Shown: piece by piece, positions 10,581-20,636 of the stretch | Layout: each line of letters starts with the position of its first letter | How positions within the stretch are numbered: the first letter of the stretch is position 1 | Assembly: GCA_905213905.1 (NCBI GenBank) | Contig: CAJMKD010000007.1 | Span: 4,388 to 68,387 of the forward strand | Origin: an uncultured Sutterella sp. | Lineage (GTDB): Bacteria > Pseudomonadota > Gammaproteobacteria > Burkholderiales > Burkholderiaceae_F | Direction of reading: 5' to 3' | Length of the DNA stretch: 64,000 nucleotides | Program-made: the position numbers and the translations under genes | The notes under the pieces: model-generated | The model's input: the letters and a program-made list of their open reading frames with translations, nothing else | Told to the model about the DNA's origin: nothing | Databases searched by the model: none

Positions 10581-11756
10581 ATGCTCAACTTCAGCTACCA
10601 CAATCCCACGCGACTCGTTTTCGGGCGCGGCGCAGAAGAGCGCACAGGCGAAGTCGTTCGCGAATCGCTCGGCTGTGCCGGAAAAGTTCTTGTCCTCTAC
10701 GGCGGCGGCAGCGCCCGCCGCACGGGGCTGCTCGACCGGGTGCTGAAGAGCCTCGAGCGAGAAGGCTTCATGGCGATTAAAAAGGGCGGCGTGCAGCCCA
10801 ATCCGCGCATGAACTTCGTTCGCGACACCATCGACTGGATCCGCGATCAGGGCGTGAAAGCCATCATCGCCGTGGGCGGCGGCTCCGTCATCGACACCGC
10901 CAAGGCCGTGGCCGTCGGCGTTGAGTACGAGGGCGACGCCTGGGATTTCTTCGAAGGCAAGGCGAGCCCCAAACAGGCGCTTCCTGTTTTCGCCGTGCTT
11001 TCGATTCCGGGGGCGGGCTCCGAGCAGTCCGCCCGCGCCGTGCTCACGCATCACGGCGACAAGGTTGGGATCGGCTCGGGTCTGATTCGGCCGCGCGCAG
11101 CCATCATCAACCCCCAGTGGTTCTCGTCTGTGCCCCCCAATCACATTGCAGCGGGCGTTGTCGACATGCTTTCGCATATTCTTGAGCGCTACTTCTCGAA
11201 GACGCCCCACACCGAATTCGTCGACGGCCAGGCTGAGGCGGCCATGCGCACCATTCTCGACTTCGGCCCCAAGGTGCTCGCCGATCGCCAGGATTACGAC
11301 GCCTGGAGCCAGATCGCGATGGCAGGGAGCTTTGCGCACAACGGCTACTTTGGCCTCGGGCGGGAAGAGGATTGGGCCTGCCACGGCATTGAGCACGAAA
11401 TTTCCGGCTGGAACGAGGCCGTCGTGCACGGTGCGGGACTTGCCGTCGTCATCCCTGCCTGGATGCGCTATGTGTCCGGCTTTGCGCCAGAGCGCTTCCT
11501 TCAGTTCTCGCGCAACGTGATGAACATCACTGCCGACGATGCCGATGAAGCTGTCATTCGGCAGGGGATTGGGAAGCTCGTCGCGTGGCTCGAAAAGATG
11601 GGACTCTCCACGTCGCTCGACGCACTCGGCATCGGCGACTGCCCGATTGCATCGCTCGCGCGCCATGCGGCAAGAGGCGGCAAATTGGGCGCTTTGAAGC
11701 CGCTCGACAGCAATGACGTGCTCGCGATTCTTGAGCTGGCAAAAAGCAGCAATTAA
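10581..11756 (+). CDS. Iron-containing (group III) alcohol dehydrogenase
   Basis: 391 aa; Fe-ADH family signature (GGGSVIDTAK, metal-binding His cluster HGIEHEISGW...HGAGLAVV). Confidence 0.85.
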   Translation: MLNFSYHNPTRLVFGRGAEERTGEVVRESLGCAGKVLVLYGGGSARRTGLLDRVLKSLEREGFMAIKKGGVQPNPRMNFVRDTIDWIRDQGVKAIIAVGGGSVIDTAKAVAVGVEYEGDAWDFFEGKASPKQALPVFAVLSIPGAGSEQSARAVLTHHGDKVGIGSGLIRPRAAIINPQWFSSVPPNHIAAGVVDMLSHILERYFSKTPHTEFVDGQAEAAMRTILDFGPKVLADRQDYDAWSQIAMAGSFAHNGYFGLGREEDWACHGIEHEISGWNEAVVHGAGLAVVIPAWMRYVSGFAPERFLQFSRNVMNITADDADEAVIRQGIGKLVAWLEKMGLSTSLDALGIGDCPIASLARHAARGGKLGALKPLDSNDVLAILELAKSSN

Positions 11757-11908
11757 TCGCAAAATTCAGCCAATCCCGGAGAGCAGCCGTCCGATATAGT
11801 CGAAATTGCGCCGTCGGGCTCTGGCTCCGGCGCGATTCCGGGCGCTTCAGCGCCCGCCGTCCGATCTCAGCATGAATTTGCCCAAAAGCGCAGAAGGAGA
11901 GTCGCATC

Positions 11909-13075
11909 GTGCCGCGAGAGCTGCATTTCTACGAGAAAAAGACGCCGCGCCGCGGCCTTTTGCGCGGCGCCGGCCTCTGCGCGCTCGGCCTCGCGGTGAC
12001 AGGGGGCACGGGCGGCGCGTACGTCAACGAAGAAATGGGTGCGGCTCCTTCAGGCGAGCGTCTTCGCCGAATCGAGGCTTCGCCCCATTGGCGCGACGGC
12101 GCCTTCCGCAATTTGCTCGACGTGCCGGACTTCTCCGGCAAGCGCCGCTCGAGCTGGCGCGCGATGCTCGACTTTCTCACGGACCGAACGGTTGGGCTTG
12201 AACCCACGGTGCCCGGGCCGTTGATGAAAACGCCCCCCGGTGTTGCGGGCGTGGGCGATCCCCCCCGGCCGGGGCACTCCGGCTTCTTCCTGCGGGAGGC
12301 GGGCTTAAGCATTCTCGTTGATCCTGCGCTTGGCGCCGCGTCGCCAGTGCCCTTCGCCTTCAAGCCCTTTAGCGGCGCGGACGTGTACCAGCCGGCGGAT
12401 TTGCCGGCCGCGGATCTGCTCCTCATTACGCACGATCACTACGATCATCTCGACTACCTGACCATTCGCGCGATAAAGGACCGCGTCCGTCGCGTTGTCT
12501 GCCCGCTCGGCGTCGGCGCGCATTTTGAATACTGGGGGTGGCCTGCCGAGCGCATCACCGAACTCGACTGGTTTGAGTCGACGCGCGCGGGCGAACGCCT
12601 TCTGGTGACGCTCGTGCCCTCGCAGCATTTCTCCGGGCGCACGCTCAAGCGCAACACGACGCTCTGGGGCGGATTCGTGCTTGAATTTGCCGCTAGCGGG
12701 GACGCAGCGGCCAAGACGCTCTATCTTTCGGGCGACGGCGGGTACGGGCCGCATTTTTCAACGATCGCGCGGCGCTGGCCGACAATCGATCTGGCCGTGC
12801 TTGAGGACGGCCAGTACAACACCGACTGGTCGACCATCCATCTGATGCCTGCGCACTGGCGGCAGGCGCTTCAGGATCTTTCGCCCAAGCGCGTGATGCC
12901 CTGCCACAACGCCAAGTATGCGCTTTCGCGCCACGTCTGGACGGAGCCGCTCGAGACGGCGCTCGAATCCGCCCGCGTGCTCGGCGTGCCGGCGGCGCTG
13001 CCGAAAATCGGCCAAGCTTTCGACTGGGCTTCAGGGGCGGACATGTCGGCCGCCTGGTGGCCGAAGCAGCCGTAG
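11909..13075 (+). CDS. MBL-fold metallo-hydrolase (NAPE-PLD-like), likely Tat-exported
   Basis: 388 aa; twin-arginine-like N-terminus (RRGLLRGAGLCALGLAV), HxHxDH motif (ITHDHYDHLD). Confidence 0.75.
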   Translation: MPRELHFYEKKTPRRGLLRGAGLCALGLAVTGGTGGAYVNEEMGAAPSGERLRRIEASPHWRDGAFRNLLDVPDFSGKRRSSWRAMLDFLTDRTVGLEPTVPGPLMKTPPGVAGVGDPPRPGHSGFFLREAGLSILVDPALGAASPVPFAFKPFSGADVYQPADLPAADLLLITHDHYDHLDYLTIRAIKDRVRRVVCPLGVGAHFEYWGWPAERITELDWFESTRAGERLLVTLVPSQHFSGRTLKRNTTLWGGFVLEFAASGDAAAKTLYLSGDGGYGPHFSTIARRWPTIDLAVLEDGQYNTDWSTIHLMPAHWRQALQDLSPKRVMPCHNAKYALSRHVWTEPLETALESARVLGVPAALPKIGQAFDWASGADMSAAWWPKQP

Positions 13076-13326
13076 GCCTCGCCTGGGCGGCACTGGCTCG
13101 CTGGGCCGCTTGGCCGCTTGGACGATGCGGCACATGGCGCTTTGGTGCTTTTTGGCTTTGCGCTTTCCGCCATTTCTTTTCTCTTGGGGCGCGCCTTCGA
13201 TAAAATGCGCTTTTGAGCGCTGCAGCGCTCCTTTTGGGGCGTTGCGCGGCAGTTTTCTTTTTTCTTGAAGCGCTCGAGCGCCGGTCGTCATTCTTTTTCG
13301 ACTGAGCGGCGGGCGCATGGTGAATC

Positions 13327-13641
13327 ATGGGCAAAGGATCGGTTCGTACGGCGAGGGGCGCGCAATCAGCAGGACGTCGCGGCAGAGGGCGCAGCGCTCA
13401 AGCGCCGCTGCAGCATCCGGGCGCCGTCCTTGCTGAAGTCCTCGCCGATACGCCGCTTGCTGTGGCAGCAAAGTGGTTCGGCATGACGCCTGAGGCGCTC
13501 GAAGCTGTTTTGCGCGCAGAAGCGCCGCTCACTGCGGCCATGGCTGCGCAGGCAGGCGCCATTTTCGGCACGGGCGCTGCGCCTTGGCTCGAGATGCAGG
13601 CCGCTTGGGATGAAGCGCAGGCGCCGGCGGAACAGCATTGA
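13327..13641 (+). CDS. Hypothetical small protein (104 aa), possible HTH-like / antitoxin-like fold
   Basis: Isolated ORF between the MBL hydrolase and the convergent cupin gene; Arg-rich N-terminus then Ala-rich helical segment (AAKWFGMTPEALEAVLRAE). No recognisable partner gene; could be spurious in high-GC DNA. Confidence 0.25.
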   Translation: MGKGSVRTARGAQSAGRRGRGRSAQAPLQHPGAVLAEVLADTPLAVAAKWFGMTPEALEAVLRAEAPLTAAMAAQAGAIFGTGAAPWLEMQAAWDEAQAPAEQH

Positions 13642-13803
13642 ATGGGCGCCGGCTTGGCGCCATTGTTCCTGATAGAAAGAAGGTCCGGATTCCGCAACGG
13701 AATTCCGGACCTTCGAACTTCCGGCCTACTGGCGGCCGATGCCGCTGCATCTTTGAGGAAGTCGGGCTGGAAGTCTTTTCGCGACGCTCTGGACCAGCGC
13801 GGT

Positions 13804-14223
13804 TCAGGGGAGCTTGTCGTATTCTGCGCGGTCAACGGGCTCGAGCCATTTGGCCGGTCCCTTTTCGGCGTCAACCTCAACCGAGAAATGCGAGAACCAG
13901 CTGTCCGTCGCAGCGCCGTGCCAGTGCTTGACATGTGCAGGAATGTCCACCACGTCGCCCGGCTTCAGCTCGCGGGCGGGCTTCCCCCATTCTTGATACC
14001 AGCCGCGGCCGGCCGTGACGAGAAGCGTCTGGCCGCCTTCGTGCTCATGCCAGTTGTTGATGCAGCCGGGTTCGAACGTCACGTTGCCGATCGGGCAGGC
14101 CGGCGTGAGCGAGAGCATTTTGAGCCAGACGCGGCCCGAGAAATTCTGCTTGAAGAAATCGCTCGTCATCTGTTCGCCCGGATCGAAGGTGAGCGAATCA
14201 AGGAATTCGGTTTCTGTCGTCAT
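13804..14223 (-). CDS. Cupin-domain protein
   Basis: Start moved to MTTETEF (ATG 14223); cupin motifs (NNWHEHEGGQTLLVTAGRGW...GDVVDIPAHVKHWHGA). Confidence 0.75.
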   Translation of the reverse strand: MTTETEFLDSLTFDPGEQMTSDFFKQNFSGRVWLKMLSLTPACPIGNVTFEPGCINNWHEHEGGQTLLVTAGRGWYQEWGKPARELKPGDVVDIPAHVKHWHGAATDSWFSHFSVEVDAEKGPAKWLEPVDRAEYDKLP

Positions 14224-14371
14224 CAGTAAGCCTCTGTGAAAAACCCTCAATTGGCGGGCGAAGAACTTCGCCAGTCGTCAGTGAAGGAGCTTAACGGGGC
14301 GCAAATGATGCAGCTTTACGGAACCGATACGTTTTTTGTTCGTTTTTCTCAGGCGCAAGGAAAAGCGCTGC

Positions 14372-14818
14372 CTACGGGCGCAGCAGGTCGGTGATCGTGA
14401 GCGAAAGAATGGGACTCGCGCGCTTGGCGGTCTCGTCCTTCACGAGCTTGACGGCGAGGCTGCCGAGCGTGTCCTGAAGGCCGTTTTTCGGATCCTTCAA
14501 AAGAAGCTTCATGGCGGGCTTGGCGCAGCGCTTCATCACAAGGTTTGTGAGCACTTTCTGGGCGTTGGCTTCGACGGCTTTCGTTTTTTCGCTCGGGATT
14601 GCTTGAACGGCTTTTGCCGCGCTTGTTTTGCCGATCGTGACGTACGCCCACTGCACCATGGCATCACGGTCGGCGGACGTCGTGTTTTCAAAAAGGCAGT
14701 CGGCAAGCGCATCGCTCTCGGCGGTGGCTGCCGAAGCATACGGCGCACAAGTGCCCGCTAGTAGAATGATGGCGGCAAAAAGTCCCGCGCGGGCGGGACG
14801 AAGAAGTGCGTGGGACAT
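14372..14818 (-). CDS. Hypothetical secreted protein
   Basis: 148 aa; N-terminal signal peptide (AIILLAGTCAPYASAATA), helical body; no family confidently recognised. Confidence 0.5.
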   Translation of the reverse strand: MSHALLRPARAGLFAAIILLAGTCAPYASAATAESDALADCLFENTTSADRDAMVQWAYVTIGKTSAAKAVQAIPSEKTKAVEANAQKVLTNLVMKRCAKPAMKLLLKDPKNGLQDTLGSLAVKLVKDETAKRASPILSLTITDLLRP

Positions 14819-14973
14819 GGGAGCCTCCCGAAAGAATCCGTCGATGGAAAAAGGGCAGGGCAGCCCGCTCGGACGGAAGCATCAGCGCCGATCGAGGCAG
14901 CCTGCGCCGCAAAAAACCTTACGAATTCTATCGCTGCTGTCGCGCCCTCAGTCGCGCTGGGACATCTGGAAAA

Positions 14974-16014
14974 ATGTACGCAATGGTTGAAGCCGATTAT
15001 TCGCTTGCCGATATAGAACGCTTTGTCGAGCTCTCGATACGCCGCGGCATCGGCTTCTCGTCGCTTGCGCGTCTCGATGCCGGAGCGGGCGACGTGCGGG
15101 TCGCCGCCGGCGCTGCGCTTTTGGGAGTTGCCGCGGATGCGCCGATAGCGCGCGCCGCGCTTCGCCGCGCATTGGCCGCTTTTCTTTCGGGTCCTGGCGA
15201 CTGGCTTGCCGAGAGCGTTGAGGCGCTCGAGGCGAAGCTTTTTGAGATTGGTCTGCTCGCGCTCGATGCCGCTATGCCGGCCGATCCCGATGATTCCCCC
15301 GTTCGCTCGAGGCTTTTGCCGCGCCCGGGCGTCACGGCGCGCCGCCTGGTCGACGAGCTCGAGGCTGCCCGCGAGGTGCTCGCGCGCCGGCGCGCGCTTC
15401 GCCGCACGGCCCTTCAGACAAAAAACCGCGAAGTCAACAGTGCTGCGCCCGAAGTCGACCAGGAAGCCGACCTGCGCTTCATGCGAATGGCGCTCGACGC
15501 AGCGCGCGAAGCGGCCGCCGCTGATGAGGTGCCTGTCGGAGCGGTGCTCACGCAGGGCGATGCCGTGCTCGCAGTCACGAACAACCGCACGCTTCGCGAT
15601 CGGGATCCGAGCGCGCATGCCGAGATGCTTGCGCTTCGCGAAGGCGCCCGAAAGCTCGGCAACCATCGCCTCACCGAAACGACGCTTTACGTCACGCTCG
15701 AACCCTGCCCGATGTGCGCGGGCGCCATTGCGGAAGCGCGCTGCCGGCGGGTTGTGTTCGGCGCGGCGGACGAGCGCCGCGGCGCCATACAGAGCGCGCT
15801 GCGGCTTTTTGAGCTTCCGGGCGTCAATCACCGCCCCTTTGTTGCTTCGGGCCTTCTCGAAGAAGAGGCCTCGGCGCTTCTGCGCGACTTTTTCGCTGCA
15901 AAGCGAAAAGCGGGCGCTGCCGAAATTATTTCGAACACGAAGAGCGAAGCGGCCGTGCCGGCTGAGCCGATTCGCGCCGTTTCCGCTCCATCGTCAGGAA
16001 AAAGCCATGCGTGA
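14974..16014 (+). CDS. tadA: tRNA-specific adenosine deaminase TadA, with possible about 170-aa Ala/Arg-rich N-terminal extension
   Basis: C-terminal 177 aa (from Met at 15481) is a canonical TadA with zinc-binding HAEMLAL...PCPMCAGA motifs. The upstream in-frame region has no stop, so the true start is ambiguous: 14974 or 15481. Confidence 0.7.
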   Translation: MYAMVEADYSLADIERFVELSIRRGIGFSSLARLDAGAGDVRVAAGAALLGVAADAPIARAALRRALAAFLSGPGDWLAESVEALEAKLFEIGLLALDAAMPADPDDSPVRSRLLPRPGVTARRLVDELEAAREVLARRRALRRTALQTKNREVNSAAPEVDQEADLRFMRMALDAAREAAAADEVPVGAVLTQGDAVLAVTNNRTLRDRDPSAHAEMLALREGARKLGNHRLTETTLYVTLEPCPMCAGAIAEARCRRVVFGAADERRGAIQSALRLFELPGVNHRPFVASGLLEEEASALLRDFFAAKRKAGAAEIISNTKSEAAVPAEPIRAVSAPSSGKSHA

Positions 16015-17098
16015 GAAAACGACATTGACCGATCGGGAAAGAGCGGCGCTCGATGCGACGCTGCCGCTCGTTGTGCGGCTCCCTGAGCGCGATCCGGTGT
16101 CTGCTCAGGCGCTCGATGAATTGCGGGAATCGGGCGCGTTTGACCGATGGATCGGGAAGCGAATCGCTGTGCCCGCGCCTTCCTACCAGTTTCTCACGAG
16201 AACAGGCGAAATCGATGAGAGCCGCCGCTCGCTCGCGCTTGATCATCTGCGCCGCTGCGGTCCGGTTCCGATGCTGATGCCTGGCGTTTTTGAGCAGGAG
16301 GGGCGCTTCGCCGGCAGCGACCGCCGACGCGCTGAAGATCTGATGCGAGCCATGACGATGCCGGACGCGGACCTCGTGATGCCGATCCGGGGCGGCTACG
16401 GCATGACGCGGCTTCTGCCGCTCCTAAGCTGGCCGCAGCTCGCCGATGCGGCGGCGCCCGCCGTGGGGTTCTCGGACTTCACAGCATTCAATCTCGCGCT
16501 TCTCGCCAAAACAGGGCATCCCTCCTGGCAGGGGCCGATGCTCGGAAGCTTCGACCGCCCGGACCGCTATGCGCTCACGCGCTGCGGCGTCGTTTTCGGC
16601 GACGAGCCCGGCCCCGTCGGCTTTTCGCCCGGACCCGTGCCGGCGGTGCCCTCTTTTTTGCCGCCGCTCACGATCGAAGGCACGCTCTGGGGCGGCAATC
16701 TTGCGCTCGTCTCGAGTCTTGTGGGCAGCGAATGGATGCCAGACGTGAAGAACGGCATTCTTTTTCTCGAAGATGTCGACGAAGCGGCTTATCGAGTCGA
16801 GCGCATGCTGCTCACGCTTCTTGATGCCGGGATTCTCGGTCGGCAGCGCGCCGTGCTGCTCGGGGACTTCGCCGGCGCAAACGACGCCTGGCGCTTCCCC
16901 GGCGACGCAACGCTCGCGCGGGTTTTCGCCTACATTCGCTCGCGGCTTCCTGCGACGGTCTTCATGGTGTCGGGGCTGCCCTTCGGGCATGTGGCGCATC
17001 AGGCAACGCTTCCCGTCGGCGTTGCGGCGAGGCTCACGATTGAGTACGGCCGCGCGTCGCTCGACTGGGCGAAGGACCCGCGGCTCATGCCGAAGTAG
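16007..17098 (+). CDS. ldcA: LD-carboxypeptidase (muramoyltetrapeptide carboxypeptidase, peptidase S66)
   Basis: Start at ATG 16007 (MREKTTLTDRE...), 8-nt overlap with the tadA stop; S66 motifs (MPIRGGYGMTRLLPLL, GFSDFTAFNLAL). Confidence 0.8.
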   Translation: MREKTTLTDRERAALDATLPLVVRLPERDPVSAQALDELRESGAFDRWIGKRIAVPAPSYQFLTRTGEIDESRRSLALDHLRRCGPVPMLMPGVFEQEGRFAGSDRRRAEDLMRAMTMPDADLVMPIRGGYGMTRLLPLLSWPQLADAAAPAVGFSDFTAFNLALLAKTGHPSWQGPMLGSFDRPDRYALTRCGVVFGDEPGPVGFSPGPVPAVPSFLPPLTIEGTLWGGNLALVSSLVGSEWMPDVKNGILFLEDVDEAAYRVERMLLTLLDAGILGRQRAVLLGDFAGANDAWRFPGDATLARVFAYIRSRLPATVFMVSGLPFGHVAHQATLPVGVAARLTIEYGRASLDWAKDPRLMPK

Positions 17099-17215
17099 CC
17101 GATCGTCGGCACAATAGAGAAAGCGGTCGAACCGCGCCGGCGGGCGGCAAGTGCCGCACCCGCCCGCCTTCGGCATCGACCATTGATCAACATTTCCGCC
17201 AAAGAAGAAGGCTCA

Positions 17216-19225
17216 ATGCCCGCCACACGCCGATCCGCCATTGCATTCCTCAAGGCTTTTCTGATGCTGCCGGCATCAAGAAGCGTCACCGCCCGAACGC
17301 TCGCGAAGCTCGTGCTCGCCTCGATGAAGCTCCTGCCTGTTGCGCTTGCCGCACAGTTCACGGGACTCGTTTCCCTCCTCGCTACGTTCTGGCATTCCGA
17401 CGTTTCGCGCGTATTTCTCTGCATATGGGCGGGCTTTGGCTTCGTGCAGATCTATTTTGCGCTTCACTTCGTGCGGGGCTTCTGGCGCGACCGCGACCGC
17501 GTGGCGCGGGTGCGCCTCTGGATCCGGCGCTGGACGGTGCTCGCCACGTGCGCGGGCATCATCTGGGGCGTGGCGGGCGCAGCCTTTCTCGTTCCAGTCT
17601 CGGGCATTCTGCAGGTTGTCACGGTGGCCGTCATCGTTGCGGTGACGTTTGCAAGCTGGCCCGTCTATTCGTGCTGGATGCCGTCCCTCACCTTCTTCAC
17701 GCTCCTCTCGCTCGCGCCCATGACGATTTCGGTGGCGGTGCAGTATGGCGTGAGCCAGACGATCATGGCGCTGGTGCTCCTCGTCGTCACGGTCTTCATT
17801 CTCTATTCGGGGCGGCGCCTCAATGAAATGATCCTGTCGTCGATTCTGATGGACGACGAAAACCGCCGCCTGGTCGAGCGCCTCAAGCGGGAAGTGAGCC
17901 GCACCGAAGCGGCGCGGCGCGCTACGCAGGCCGAAAGCGAGCGGCGCGCTCGGTTTTTTGCGGCGGCCAACCACGATCTGCGCCAGCCGCTTCAGGCGAT
18001 GGGGATCTATCTCAACATTCTCAAGCGGCGTGCGACGCCGCAGACGGCGCCCGTGATCGAGCAGGTGTCGACGACGATGAGCGTCATTTCAACGCTTGTT
18101 GAGCAGGTGCTTGAGGTGACGCGCATGGAGTTCGGGCGGCTTGAAATGCATCCGGAAGTGATCTCGATTCCTGCGCTTCTGACGGAAGTCGACCGGGAAT
18201 TCCGGCCTGTTGCCGAGGAGAAGGGGCTTCGCTTTCGCGTGCGGCCGATCAATGCGGCCGTGCGCACCGATCCGGTGATGCTTCGCCGCGCGCTCAAGAA
18301 TCTCATCACGAATGCCATCCGCTACACCGACAAGCCCGGCGGCGAAATCGTCGTGGCTGCGCGCCTTCTCGGCGGCGCCCGCGTTTCAATCGGCGTCTAC
18401 GATTCGGGTCCCGGCCTCACGAAGAACGACATTGAGAAGATCTTCGATACGTTCTATCGGGGCGACGCCGCGAAGGATTCCTCCGCATCGGGCTTCGGGC
18501 TCGGACTTTCCATTGTGAAGGGCCTCTGCCGGCAGCTCGGCATCGAACTTTCGGTCGGCTCGCGTCTCGGACGCGGCAGCGTCTTTCGTCTGGTGCTCGA
18601 TCTGAGCGAAGCCGAGCAGGTGCGCCTTTTTGAGCACGCCCCCGAGGGACGCGGCGATGTGCGCCGCTTCGAAGGCACGGCGGCGCTCATTGAAGACAAT
18701 GCCTTCGTGCAGACGGCGATGCGCGACGTGCTCGAGAGCTGGGGCGCGAGCGTCGTGAGCGACGCGGCGCCGAGCGAGGCCTTCTGGCGCGCGGTCGACG
18801 CTGCCGCGAAAAAGCATCCGCCCCTGGTGCTCATTTCCGACTACAACCTCGGCGAAGGCGTGCCGACGGGGCTCAATGCGGCGGGCATGCTTGAAAAGCG
18901 GCTCGGCCGGCCGGTGCCTGCCGTGCTGATCACAGCCGTTGCGCGCGACCTGATCGAAGGCGACTTCGAGCGAGAGCATTCGGGCGAGGCGGGCGCGGGC
19001 GGACCGGCGCCCGAGCATCTGCCCGTCATTCTTCAGAAGCCCTGTTCGGCCGAGGCGCTCAATGAGGCGGTTTTCGAGGCGCTGAAGCGCTTTGATGGCG
19101 AGGCGTCAAATGCCTTGGCGCAAGAGCAGGAAAAAGAGGCCGTGCGCGCTGCTGCTGAACCGATATCCGAAGGCCGGCCGGCTTCGGCTGCTGCGCGGGA
19201 AGCCGCCGCTGGAGAGAATCGATGA
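17216..19225 (+). CDS. Hybrid sensor histidine kinase (multi-TM sensor, HisKA, HATPase_c, C-terminal receiver)
   Basis: ATG 17216 with RBS GAAGAAGG; the track ORF starts at TTG 17183. About 6 TM helices, H-box FFAAANHDLRQPLQAM, G-boxes (DSGPGL, GFGLGLSIV), then receiver with conserved Asp (LVLISDYNLGEG). Confidence 0.85.
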   Translation: MPATRRSAIAFLKAFLMLPASRSVTARTLAKLVLASMKLLPVALAAQFTGLVSLLATFWHSDVSRVFLCIWAGFGFVQIYFALHFVRGFWRDRDRVARVRLWIRRWTVLATCAGIIWGVAGAAFLVPVSGILQVVTVAVIVAVTFASWPVYSCWMPSLTFFTLLSLAPMTISVAVQYGVSQTIMALVLLVVTVFILYSGRRLNEMILSSILMDDENRRLVERLKREVSRTEAARRATQAESERRARFFAAANHDLRQPLQAMGIYLNILKRRATPQTAPVIEQVSTTMSVISTLVEQVLEVTRMEFGRLEMHPEVISIPALLTEVDREFRPVAEEKGLRFRVRPINAAVRTDPVMLRRALKNLITNAIRYTDKPGGEIVVAARLLGGARVSIGVYDSGPGLTKNDIEKIFDTFYRGDAAKDSSASGFGLGLSIVKGLCRQLGIELSVGSRLGRGSVFRLVLDLSEAEQVRLFEHAPEGRGDVRRFEGTAALIEDNAFVQTAMRDVLESWGASVVSDAAPSEAFWRAVDAAAKKHPPLVLISDYNLGEGVPTGLNAAGMLEKRLGRPVPAVLITAVARDLIEGDFEREHSGEAGAGGPAPEHLPVILQKPCSAEALNEAVFEALKRFDGEASNALAQEQEKEAVRAAAEPISEGRPASAAAREAAAGENR

Positions 19226-19908
19226 GCCACCTTTTCGCGCTTTTTCTCGTGACGTCGCTTGCCAACATTGTGACGCCCGGGCTCGGCGTAGCGATCATTG
19301 TGATCATGGCGGCCGAATACGGCTGGCGGCGCATGTTCTGGGGGTCGCTCGGGGTGGCGCTCGGCATTACGGCGCTCTTCACGATCGCGCTTTCGGGCGT
19401 CGGCGTCGTCATTGCGGCGAGCCCGGCGCTTTTTGCCGCCATCAAGCTCGCGGGCGCCGTTTTTATTTTCTACATGGCCTGGCAGACGTGGCGCAAGCCC
19501 GTCGTCGACTTCGGTCGACTCGAGCGAAGCCGGACGAATCCGGGCGGAGCGGATTGCGCGCAGGCCGAGCAGGCAAAGCCCCGCACGGATTTCGACCGCG
19601 GACTCTTCGGCAAGTGCTTCATCATTTCGCTCACGAATCCGCAGCCCATCGTCTTCGGCGTATCGGTGCTGCCGCAGTTCATTGATCCGACGAAGCCTTA
19701 TGTCGAGCAGGCCGCACTCATGATTGCGGTCTATACGGTGCTTGTCTTCGTCGTGATGGAGATTTACGCGATGGCGGCTTCGCGCGCCCGCGTTTTCCTT
19801 CTCAAAGGCAAAGGTCCGCTCATCATGAAGCGCGTGAGCGCGGGCGTCTTTGTGCTGATTGGGCTAGCCGTGCTTGCGTCGACGGTGAAGGGGCTCGCCG
19901 GCGCCTGA
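19222..19908 (+). CDS. LysE/RhtB-family amino-acid exporter
   Basis: 228 aa; 6-TM LysE-type translocator; ATGA overlap with the kinase stop suggests co-transcription. Confidence 0.8.
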   Translation: MSHLFALFLVTSLANIVTPGLGVAIIVIMAAEYGWRRMFWGSLGVALGITALFTIALSGVGVVIAASPALFAAIKLAGAVFIFYMAWQTWRKPVVDFGRLERSRTNPGGADCAQAEQAKPRTDFDRGLFGKCFIISLTNPQPIVFGVSVLPQFIDPTKPYVEQAALMIAVYTVLVFVVMEIYAMAASRARVFLLKGKGPLIMKRVSAGVFVLIGLAVLASTVKGLAGA

Positions 19909-19973
19909 AGCGTGCGAGCCGGAAGCGAAGGCGCCTCATTTTCAGATTTTGAGCCTCTTGGCGGCAAAAGTCT

Positions 19974-20636
19974 TTAAAGATCGATGTCAAAGCCCGCGCG
20001 GCGCGCAGCGAGAAGCGCTTCCGTGCGGTTCGAGGCGCCGAAAGCGCGGTAGATGGCCGCGACATGCGTCTTCACGGTGCCTTCCGAAAGATTAAGATCG
20101 CGGCAGATCCGCTTGATGGGCGCGCCCTGCGCGAGGAGCATCAGGACGTCCTTCTGGCGCTCGGTAAGGTGAACGGGTTCTTCGGCGTTGGTGGTCTTGA
20201 GGGACGCCGCCTGATTGAAAAAGCCCGCACGCTGGCTTTCCGCGAGGAGCTTCGACGGAATGAAGACGCCGCCCTTGAGCACAAAGTCGATGGCGGCCGT
20301 GAGCATGTCGGTGTCGAGCGACTTCGGCACGAAGCCCGCAGCGCCAAGCTGCAGAACGCGCATGATGCTCTGCTGGTCGACGAGGCCCGAGACGACGAGA
20401 ATCTTGAGCATCGGCTGGATGCGCACGATCTCTTCCATCAGCTCCGTGCCGGTGACGCCCGGCATGGAGAGATCGAGAATCAGGAGGTCCGTGTTGTCGC
20501 CCTCGCGGCGCACGAGTTCGACCGCATCCTGCGCGCTGCCGGCCGTATGAATTTCGGCATCGGGCTCGCGGTCAAGAATCATCATCGAAAGGGCGCCCGT
20601 CACGAGCGCATGATCGTCGACTATCAGGTACTTCAT
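19974..20636 (-). CDS. LuxR/NarL-family two-component response regulator
   Basis: 220 aa; receiver (MKYLIVDDHALV..., conserved D) plus C-terminal LuxR HTH (LTERQKDVLMLLAQGAPIKRICRDLNLSEGTVKTHV). Confidence 0.88.
   Translation of the reverse strand: MKYLIVDDHALVTGALSMMILDREPDAEIHTAGSAQDAVELVRREGDNTDLLILDLSMPGVTGTELMEEIVRIQPMLKILVVSGLVDQQSIMRVLQLGAAGFVPKSLDTDMLTAAIDFVLKGGVFIPSKLLAESQRAGFFNQAASLKTTNAEEPVHLTERQKDVLMLLAQGAPIKRICRDLNLSEGTVKTHVAAIYRAFGASNRTEALLAARRAGFDIDL

Noticed and set aside
15206-17098. 630-aa ORF spanning tadA 3' region and ldcA
   Set aside because: The N-terminal 267 codons are an alternative frame over tadA with Arg/Ser-rich nonsense composition; the LD-carboxypeptidase homology begins at ATG 16007.
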